Below, piece after piece: positions 54,888 to 64,000 of a stretch of 64,000 nucleotides of DNA; the first letter of the stretch is position 1, and each line of letters opens with the position of its first letter. The position numbers and the translations under genes are program-made. The stretch spans positions 18,602,001 through 18,666,000 of the forward strand of contig NW_024704743.1 in assembly GCF_018977255.1 (NCBI RefSeq), read 5' to 3'. The DNA comes from Callorhinchus milii (Eukaryota). The notes under the pieces were generated by a model. That model searched no databases and was not told where the DNA came from. It was given only the letters and a program-made list of their open reading frames with translations.

Positions 54888-56933
54888 TCAGAACACATGC
54901 CCCTTGAACTATTTGATTCTGTTGGTATTAAAAATCTTGTGAAGCTTTTTGAGACATTTCAACAAAGTGCTAAGATTTCTAACAAAAACAATGACAATTA
55001 ATAAATATAAGTGAATATTATTTAATTATTTTCACCAATGGGAAAGAGGAATTTCACACCCAATAGTATGCTACAGATTGCATTATAATAATGTTTGTGC
55101 ACTGGTGAACTATTTCCCAAGTCTATAAGCTCTTATATATGTTCCGCTCTCTTCCCTTGGTAACATTGGCCTGGTGGTATCCATCTCACAATGTCCTCTT
55201 TCTCAGGTCACATATGATCTCTGTCCGTGTACTGCTTTTACATTCACAATTTGCTTGCACAGGCAAGCTTATCTCTGCAAGGCAACCTGCAATGAAAAAT
55301 TGCTGAACGCTTCTCTGAGTGCCAAAAATGGTTGCCTCTCCAGTGAGTTGCCTCCAATCTCCAGAAGGAATAGTTACGGTCCCTGAATGAGAGGATGCAG
55401 TGCTGTTTGTGTGTATGAGATTTTTGCATGAGGAGTGGGAAGACATCAGTGCAAAAACCTGCTGCTACCTCCAATCCCCCAGCCACCAGAAGGAAAGCAC
55501 TGCATTGGGTGGGACACCCAAATCTACTTTTAAAAAAAGTGAAAAAAAAGGTTATTTCAGAAAGCAACAGGTGAATACAATGGAATGGATCTTGCACGAA
55601 AACATATCTAGGTGCCCCTAGAACAACACTATAGACAGGAAGATGATGTCTATGCTCTCATGCATTTCATGTTGAGCTTTGCTGTTCATCAGGAAGCTTG
55701 CAGAGCGTTCCTGGTACCTGTCATTCTCCAGGGATCTGTGCTTGGCTGGATGTCAAATGACCAACCGCTGACTATCGGGGGGGAGGGGGTGGGGGGCGGG
55801 GGGGGGCCGTGGAGGTGGCGGGCATACGTGGTGTTTTCTTGGTACTGAAATGGCTCCAAGGTGACATACATGACAAGAGGATATCGGAATCAGTCTCCTT
55901 GGCAGTCTCAGTTGTCCAGTTGCTGACCCAGGCGGGTCTGCAGTACTCCAAGGCACTACGGATGACAGACCAACCAGCCTGCCTTATTCATTGGCAGAAC
56001 TTTGAGGGGCAGACCTCTCACATTTTCATGCCCAATTTATGCTGCTGGATAAAAAGAATGTGTACTTGATAGCATCTTTCATGTTATAATGTCTCAATGT
56101 TATTTTTTTCTCTTAGCCAACTGTGCGCCTGACACTTATGGAACCGTTCCACCATGTTAAAGACTAACCAAGTCAGATAGAGTTCCACATATGTACACCA
56201 CCCACACATGAACATTTCTCTGTATCTGATTGTGTCCTATCACTATTTGACTACTGTGCCATGTGATTGTCGATGTTCACCTGAAAAGTCAGAATGATAT
56301 GTGGTTTCATATCTCACCCGATAAACTAAAATGCTCGAATACTTGAAATAAAAAGATGTGATCGGTAGAAATCTGAAATAAAAACAGGAATGCTGGAAAT
56401 TCAAAGCAGGTCAACTAGAATCCCAACTAGAATTTAGGTTAACATTTTAGATCTGAGAATGATTAAAAACAATGAAACAAAAATCATAAAAAGTTTGAGA
56501 TCATGAAATATATGTGTTCACGTGTCCGTGTGTGTGTGTGTGCAGGTGATGGGGGCTGGGGGGTGTAAATAAGAGTTTAATTTCAAAACAATCAAAACTT
56601 TTCCCGGTGACTCACCCAAAACACAGTCACTGCACTTCACAGTATATCCCATGGTTTGGTATTTGGTACATTACCCTGAAATGAAAGCGCTGTACCAAAT
56701 ATAAGGCTTATTAATCCTTACGAAAGGTTCCGACAAAAGGTCATCGACCTGAAACATGAACTAATTTCCCTCTCTCCATAGATGCTGCCTGACCTGCTGC
56801 GTGTTCCCAGGGACTTCTGTTTTTATTTCCGATTTCCAGCCTCTGTAATATTCTGCCTTTTGCAAGGATTATTAATCCTTGCATTTGATTCATTCCCTCG
56901 CTCTGGACGAGAGATTTTTTTTTGCCTCAACAA

Positions 56934-57256
56934 GTGGAGTCCTGTAGCTCAGTGGTTAGAGCACTCGCTTTGCAAGCGAGAGACCTGAGTTCAATTCCAG
57001 GCAGAGGGCGAAATCTTGGGCAAGTTTCCTTACTCCACACAGAGCCTAATAATAATCCCTCCAAAACCAAAAACAATAATAAATTGGTCATTTTCAATCT
57101 ACGACTGTTTGTGGGACATTGCTGTGCGCAATTGGCTGCCGCGTTCGCCCACAAATATACAGTCAATTCACTTTACAGTATATTCCGTGAAGCGCTTTGG
57201 GACGTCCTCCCGACGTGAAAAGCGCTATATCAAATGCAAGGATTATTATCATTATT
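56934..57256 (+). mobile_element. Full-length young SINE: tRNA-derived head, Deu-SINE-like 3' body, L2-type tail, (ATT)n
   Basis: Pol III A box TAGCTCAGTGG and B box GTTCAATTCC, anticodon-like arm CTCGC-TTTGCAA-GCGAG. Near-identical copies occur elsewhere in the window. Confidence 0.95.
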
Positions 57257-57669
57257 AAGGAGCCGTGTCCCTACATCGGACCCATTGAGCGCCAGACGAA
57301 GGAGCTGGCAGCCTGCAGCCGGGGGTTGTCGGAAATTAATAGCCGGCCAAAGTACTAGCCCCAGAGTAGCCCAAGACCTGCGCCGAGGCTGCTGCGGCTA
57401 GCAGACTGGCCGATCAGAAGTGTCAGCGCCTTGGGGCGTCCTCCAGACCCGAAAGGCTCTTTGCAAATGTAATTTGTTGTTGTTGTTGTTGTTGTTGTTT
57501 TTGAAAGGTCTGTGCGTGCCGGGTGGGGTTGGGTGGTGGTGGTGGTGGGGGGTGGGGGAGGTGTTTGCAGGTTTAAATTGTTTTTTTTTCGTGTAAAATA
57601 TCCAGGCAACCTCTCAAAGCAGTGTTTCCCCCAACCCCCCCCAACCCCCCCATACCCAGCCCAGCACCA

Positions 57670-58130
57670 CAAAAAAACCCGCCCAATTTGGGGCGTGAAA
57701 CCGCCCAACCTGCCCGCCACCGCGCCAGCGCGGACACCAGCTCTGGGCGCGCGGGAGCCGCAGCAGCGCGGGCTGGTGTGGGGGGGGAGCATGCGCAGTG
57801 CGCACGTGTGTGGTTGAAGCCGGGCCACGCGGCGGCGTGGGGGGGGGGAGAGACGTCAGTACGTACGCGCGCACGTACGTACGTCCGTTCGTGGGGGTTG
57901 TTGGGAAACGCGCGAGATCGGGGCGTCACGCGGCGGGAGCGGAGGGGAGGGTTGGAGGGGGGGAGGGGAGGGCTGAGGAACACCGGAGAACGTGACACAC
58001 ACACACACACGGCACAAAGGGGGTCGGAGATGCCGCTCTTCGCAGCCAATCCGTTCGACCAAGATGTCGGTGAGTGAGTTGGGGGAGTGCGGGAGGGAGG
58101 CGGCGGCGGTTGAGGTCGGTGGTGGTGGTG
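57670..58130 (+). promoter_or_regulatory. CpG-island promoter of STAM
   Basis: Dense CpG in an otherwise CpG-poor window. NRF1-like GCATGCGCA 57789-57797, E-box CACGTG 57803-57808, CRE-like GACGTCA 57852-57858, GC-box/E2F-like motifs, no TATA box. Confidence 0.8.
58030..58069 (+). CDS. STAM: STAM (signal transducing adaptor molecule, ESCRT-0) coding exon 1, MPLFAANPFDQDV(E); remainder lies beyond the window
   Basis: 40-nt coding exon then G|gtgagt. Matches the STAM N-terminus (MPLFATNPFDQDVEK). The FDQD residues and the divergent HACD1 neighbour favour STAM1 over STAM2. No exon 2 seen up to 64000. Confidence 0.9.
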
Positions 58131-58277
58131 GTGATGGTGGTGGTTGGGGAAGGGTTTAATCAGCTGAGCTGTGTGTGTGTGTGTGTGTGTGGGGGGGCGG
58201 CTCCGCTCTGTGTTGTGGTTTGTAATGTGGGATAGAGAAAGCCGCTGTTTATCCTTATTTGAAGTCGGCATTGTAGC

Positions 58278-58712
58278 TGTGTCTGTGTCCAGTGTCTGTC
58301 TGTGTGTGTCTGTAGTGTCTGTCTGTGTGTGTCTGTAGTGTCTGTCTGTGTAGTGTCTGTAGTGTATGTGTGTCTGTAGTATTTGTGTGTCTGTAGTGTC
58401 TGTGTGTCTGTGTGTGTCTGTAGTGTCTGTGTGTGTCTGTAGTGTATGTGTGTCTGTAGTATTTGTGTGTGACTGTAGTCTGTGTGTGTCTGTAGTGTCT
58501 GTCTGTGTGTGTCTGTAGTGTCTGTGTGTCTGTCTGTAGTGTCTGTCTGTGTGTGTCTGTTGTGTCTGTCTGTAGTGTCTGTCTGTGTGTGTCTGTAGTG
58601 TCTGTGTCTGTCTGTAGTGTCTGTCTGTGTGTGTGTGTGTCTGTAGTGTCTGTCTGTGTGTGTGTGTGTATCTGTAGTGTCTGTGTGTGTCTGTGGTGTC
58701 TGTGTGTGTGCG
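58278..58712. repeat. TG-rich minisatellite in STAM intron 1
   Basis: GTGTCTGTA and GTCTGTGT units. Confidence 0.95.
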
Positions 58713-60681
58713 CGACTTATGTTGGTTTTCGTCCTTCAGGCTGTTTGTGGTGGTTGTTGTTGTTGTCAGAGCAGGGAGTCCGGCAGCGAGCACTGACGGT
58801 GAGATCTGGGCCTTTTGTTGGTGAAGGGGTTAAGGGTTACGAATCACACGGTTTGGGTTGCTGTCTGTTTACATACCGACTGCTGTAATAGGTCTTTTTA
58901 ATAATATATACATATATACATACACACACAAGACAGCGTCTAAACTTTAATTGTAAACCCTTTTCAAACAGAGACCTAATCATCAATAGTTTAGGATTAG
59001 ATCTAATCTATCTAATTAGATCCAGTTATAATCATCATAATAATAATCCTTGCATTTAATATCGCGCCTTATCATGTCTTCGAGATGTCTCGAAGCGCTT
59101 CACAGAATATACTGTGCGGCAAAGTCGATTAACCGTTTGTGCTTCTCATCTGAATAAGTAAACTTTTTATTTAATGGGTTTCAGCTAAATCCCAATTTAA
59201 ACGAAAACAGACAGCATTTCATTGATTTAATGCAAATTGAAATCATTTGTGTTGAAAACCCCCAGTGTCTCGGAGATGCCTTGTTCATCGTGGAAGATGT
59301 AAACAATGCAAAGCGGCATTTCTTTGCAATGAAGATCTGGCATACAAAATGCCAGCTTCTTTGTGAATTGAACATCCATCTAATTGTGGTGTACAGTATT
59401 CTGCTCATCTACAAATGAGATTTTAATAGTAGTTGTGGGATGTGAATTTTGTTTTCTGTAAATATTTTATAGCACAGGAGGAGACCATTTGGTCAATCAT
59501 GATTCGCTTTCAATTGGAGCTATCCTCTCCAATCCTTTTACACTGTTTCCCCATACCCTTTAATATTATTTTTCCAAAAGGTATTTATCTAATTCCTTTT
59601 TTAGTTAGGTACAGACTCGGATTCAACACTCTTTTGTAGTGAGATATTCCATATTCTCACAATATATTATATATTTTTTAAAGTCTTCTAACCTCCTAGG
59701 TGATGCTCCTTGGGATGAGCATCAATTATATTCAAAAATCATTTTGCTTACTAATGATACATATTGTATGAGTTCATGGATGAAGGGAGTGTCAACCCCA
59801 GGGTACCATCTGTGCCTATTCATGTTGCAAATTTGATTCCTGTGACCCCAAATATTCTTGATTGCGTTTTCCTACTACTCCACAACTCAGGGTAAGTTTG
59901 GGGCAGCTTTGATGGACCAAATTCTACAGGAGGTCTTTAGTAATGATGGATTCAGTGTATTTTCCATATTTTGTTACATTGTTTGAGACATATCGACAGT
60001 GTGATAAGGCAATATTATTATTTTGTTGGAATTGGCTTTGGAAGAAGGAATTCATTTTTAATTTTTAGGAGATGATGACTTTTTATATATAAGAATGTTT
60101 CAGAATACAGAGTATTTTGCACATTTCTAACCTTTGTTTGTCACTATAGAACAAAGTAGATGTTATTCTGGAATCTCAGATTATGAAAATACTTTCCCCT
60201 CATCCCCAATTCAGGGCTCATGGCCTTAACTTTCACCTGGAATGTTGTGCAAATGTATTGGTGGTTTTAAAAAAAAATCCCAATCATGTCATCAATAGTA
60301 ACACCTGTCACTTTGTTGGCGTCAACCCCTCTGTTGTCCCAGCATCTGAGAATTTGTGACCTAGTTTGAGAAATGAGCATCAATTATTATTCTTGTGAGA
60401 GTAAAGGTTGAGATTGCTGCTGTGTGCACCAATCTGGGATGTGTAAATTACTTCAGATAGACAATGTCATCTGCTGGCTCTCTAGGATGGGTGAAATTTG
60501 GACTTGAGTTCTGCAGTTAATATTTTCATGCAGTGAATTTCAAATTATGTTATCAATAGTAGTTTTTTTAATAGAGTACCTGAATGAGCATTTCAGTTAC
60601 TGTTCTTGAACGACATGCCCTCACTCTTTCCCAACTCTGTGACATTATCTCACCTCACTCTCTCGCCTGCCCACCTCCAGC

Positions 60682-61085
60682 CTGGCTGAGTATTAGCAGA
60701 AGGTGGTGGGCTCGAGCCCCATGTCGGACTTGGAATCACATAGTCCAACCTGACACTACAAAGCAGTGCTGGGGTGTGTTGTGTTGTTGGAGGTGTTGTC
60801 CTTCGGATGACACATTAAACCGAGGTCCCGTCTGCCTTTTCAGGTGAACGTTAAAGATTCTACGGCACTGTTCGAAAGCAGAAGGGAGTTTCTCCCGGTT
60901 TCCTGGCCAACAAACAATCCCTCAAATAAAATTGGTCATTCACTTCATGGCTGTTTGTGGGACATTGCTGTACGAAAATTGGCTGCCACATTCCCCCTAG
61001 TCACTTAATTTTACCTTAAATCCTGTGAAGCACCTTGGGACGTCCTCCTGATGTAAAAGACGGGATACCAAATGCAAGGATTTTA
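60682..61085 (+). mobile_element. Old Deu-domain SINE
   Basis: Same core as 32858-33282. Further fragments at about 35600-35900, 52470-52670 and 62790-63085. Confidence 0.8.
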
Positions 61086-61086
61086 T

Positions 61087-61348
61087 TAATAATAATAATA
61101 ATAATCCTTGCATTTGATATAGCGCTTTTCACGTCGGGAGGACGTCCCAAAGCGCTTCACAGAACACACTGTAAAGTGAATTGACTGTATATTTGTGGGC
61201 GAACGCGGCAGCCAATTGCGCACAGCAATGTCCCACAAACAGTCGTAGATTAAAAATGACCAATTTTATTATTGTTTTTGGTTTTGGAGGGATTATTATT
61301 AGGCTCTGTGTGGAGTAAGGAAACTTGCCCAAGGTTTCTCCCTGCCTG
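61087..61348 (-). mobile_element. 5'-truncated young SINE, tail-to-tail with an older Deu-SINE
   Basis: Family similarity. Confidence 0.93.
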
Positions 61349-61544
61349 ATATAGTGCCTTATCAAAAGGGAATTAATGTTGCTCCTCCAATTATCTTACC
61401 TCTTCCGTATGTGCTGTTATGTTATAAAGTGCAAGGTGTTTTTTTATACCACAGAAACTGATTGGATATTGATCAAAGATTAAATAAGTGAACTATTTTT
61501 TCATGTTAAATAATTGTGCAAAAGTTATAATCAGAACTTGTTTT

Positions 61545-61895
61545 AACAACAACAATAAAATTACATTTGTAAAGCGCCTTTCACGGCGAGAGGATGTCCC
61601 AAGGCCCTGGACAGACAGAGTTACGGTCCTGGGGTGGGGGAGGGTGGAGGGCCGGAGGGAGGCAGAGAGATCGAAAGCACGGTCGAAGAGGAGAGTCTTG
61701 AGATGGGTCTTGAAGGTGGCAAAAGAGAGGGCGAAACGGAGGGACTGAGGGATGGAGTTCCAGAGGGTGGGGGCAGAGTGTCGGAAGGCCCACCCGCCAA
61801 TAGTGGGGTGAGCGAGGCGGGGGAGGTGAAGAAGGCCGGAGCCCGCTGAGTGGAGGGAGTGAACAGGATGGTAGGGTTTAGGAGGTCGGAGAGGT
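61545..61895 (-). mobile_element. L2 3' fragment
   Basis: HPTIGGWAF...APTLWNSIP...FKTHLKTLLFDRAF in ORF 61493..62146, followed by the tail. Confidence 0.88.
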
Positions 61896-63429
61896 ATATG
61901 CTTGATATGATTGGATTCAAGGATACTTGTATTATTACTGTTAATATGTGAGGTGCTACATTGTTTAGGGGTGGGATTCTGGCACAAAATGCATGAGCTG
62001 TTCATATGAATTAAGTATTTTCCAATTAAGTTGCTAAGCAATGAGTGTTTCAGTACTTTGTATACAGGATCAATATTTGAGAGATATTGCCAGTATGCAC
62101 AGATTGTCTTCAAAGGGTCTTGTAATGATATCAAAAATCCTTGCATCGCACACCTTCCTTAAAAATCTGTTGTTTGCCTAACTAATACTTTGGACTCTAT
62201 TGGACAGCATTGGACAAGATAACACCTGGCACAATGCAGCATGTGCAAAGGTAACGTTCTCTCTAACCAGCTGATTTCCCACAGTTTCTTACAAGGTTTG
62301 AATTAATTTCAGTGTCATTATGTACAGTAAACTCCTGATGACTCATCACTCCAAGAGAAAAGGGCTTAGTGTCAAGTTATCTGGTGTGGTGAGTTAGGCA
62401 TATGTATAAATACATATATAAATGTGGCTGGGATATTGACAGCATGTTCACTTAAGTGGTAGTGACAAATTAAGCCAGGGTTGAGTTATTAGGTGTTTAC
62501 TGTATTTTTTTCCCCCAAAATTACAATTAACTTCTCAAGTTCTCCAGAAACATAGGTGTTTTCATTTATTCAGTTTTGAAAACCCTCTATTGAATGCCTT
62601 CAATTTGTTTTCGCATTTTTGTGAGGTTATACATGAATACTTTTTTTGCTTTCATTTTGTTTGCTTTGAAATCATTTCTGGAGTTTTCCTCAGCTCATGT
62701 AGCCAAGAAGCAGGAATCAGGAGATTTGATGCTGGCCTGGTGGTGTTTCTCTCGCTGGCTCTCTTTTTAATGGAGAAGCTTAAAATGTTAAAGTGAGACC
62801 CTCCCATGCCTGATGGATATTAAAGGTTCCATCCCACTGTTCGAAAAGAAAAGGGAGCTTCTTCTTGTGTCCTGGCCAAGATCTCTTCTCCCCTACCACC
62901 CCCCCCCCCCAAGAAAAAATAGTAATTCATTTAATGGCTTTGTCGGTCATTGCTGTGGCCGATTGTCTCCTGTGCTTTCCTGCAAAAAAATAGTCACTAA
63001 CTTTACAGTGAATCCTGTGAAGCGCATTGAGGCGTACTTCTGATGTGAAAGACCCTATATCAAATGTAAGAATTATTATTATTATAAACATCAGACTCCA
63101 CTTGGCATCTTCTCCCAGTGTGGTTGATATCAGAACCTCAGCAGTGCAGGTTCATCATAGCGATGTGAATCCAGGTCCCATGAACCATGTCTTTGGAAAA
63201 AAATGATCATTTGATGGCAAGTACCCATCATGGTTTTGATAGAAGATTCCTGTTTGATATAGATTTTTTAACTAAGTTATGGGCACAATTTTTATTCCAA
63301 AAGTTGAATTCCTTAAATTATTTATCTTAGATGCTCATCAGAAGGATCCTACTGGAATGATTCGTACACGGGACAGTAATTGCTTGTGAAGCTCGTGGAA
63401 ACATTTCAACACAACATTTTTTTAGAAAA

Positions 63430-63797
63430 ACCTTACGTTTGGTATAACATCTTTTATGTTGGGAGGATGTCTCAAAGTGCTTCATAGGAAATATTGTAGA
63501 GTAACTGGTTGTGGGTGAACATGTCAGTCAATTTGTGTACAGCAACATCCCACAAACAGCCACGAGGCGAATGACCAATTTTGTTAGAGGTTTGTTGGCT
63601 ATAAAATCAGGAGAAAACTCTGCTCTCTATTTGAATAGCCCTCATGGGATCTTTAACGTCTGCCAGAACAGCCAAACAGAACATTGATTTAATTGATGTC
63701 AGCCATGACTATATGAGTTCCAAGACCTGATGTTGGGCTTGAATACACAACCTTCTGACTCAGAGGTGAGATGTGCTACCAGTTGAGCCAGGCTGAC
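63430..63797 (-). mobile_element. Old Deu-domain SINE
   Basis: CAACCTTCTGACTCAGAGG head and CATGGGATCTTTAAC core. Confidence 0.75.
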
Positions 63798-64000
63798 CAC
63801 ACAATGTAAAGGCTGTTGGAGCGATGAATTTAGTTAGTGCTCATCTTACATTAGAATATACAGCACAGAAACAAGCCATTTGGCCCAACTGGTCTATGCC
63901 GGTGTTTATGCTCCATATGAGCCTCCTCCTGCCCTTCCTCAACTAAGCCTTCAAGCATAACCTTCTATTCCTTTCTCCCTCATGTAACTATTTAGCTTTC

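Noticed and set aside
55556..55612. ttcag-AAAGCAACAGGTGAATACAAT (KATGEYN), resembling the start of STAM exon 2
   Set aside because: Lies upstream of exon 1, similarity ends after 7 codons and a stop follows.
55385..55720. Faint resemblance to a Harbinger-type transposase N-terminus (CMRFLHEEWEDISAKTCCYLQSP)
   Set aside because: Too degenerate to support by eye, with no DDE motifs or terminal repeats found. A translated profile search would be needed.
56934..57005. tRNA-Ala(TGC)-like sequence, also in other copies
   Set aside because: No proper acceptor stem and it runs directly into the SINE body, so it is a SINE head rather than a tRNA gene.
30150..57258. Recurring peptide MWDIAVRNWLPRSPTNIQSIHF...RYIKCKDYYY in several ORFs
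   Set aside because: Incidental reading frame of the non-coding SINE, not a gene family.
57622..58029. Open frame upstream of and in frame with the STAM ATG
   Set aside because: No in-frame ATG, GC-rich promoter DNA is naturally stop-poor, and STAM orthologues begin at MPLF.

Overview
Vertebrate genomic DNA, AT-rich and repeat-dense. The repeat content (Deu-domain SINEs, CR1 and L2 LINEs, an abundant young tRNA-derived SINE) suggests a cartilaginous fish, probably a chimaera; this is inference. It holds a complete 7-exon HACD1 (PTPLA, very-long-chain 3-hydroxyacyl-CoA dehydratase 1) gene on the minus strand: CDS exons 45152-45261, 22330-22447, 22189-22207, 22019-22107, 19308-19429, 8784-8962 and 6505-6587, 720 nt, 239 aa, all introns GT-AG. 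About 12.8 kb away and divergently oriented are the CpG-island promoter and first coding exon of STAM (58030-58069, +), matching the HACD1-STAM arrangement known in mammals. HACD1 exon 1 sits between a 0.7 kb C-rich tract and a 5.7 kb CA-rich compound satellite. Most of the rest is retroposon debris with several nested insertions. The most notable observations are an intact Cx5R PTP-like signature in HACD1 built across a 19-nt micro-exon, a SINE/L2 3' stem-loop with a compensatory change and an apparent loop switch, and a candidate muscle enhancer in HACD1 intron 1. Nearly all ORFs in the supplied track are spurious. I found no convincing wholly new biological system. Repeat boundaries are approximate unless junctions are quoted.
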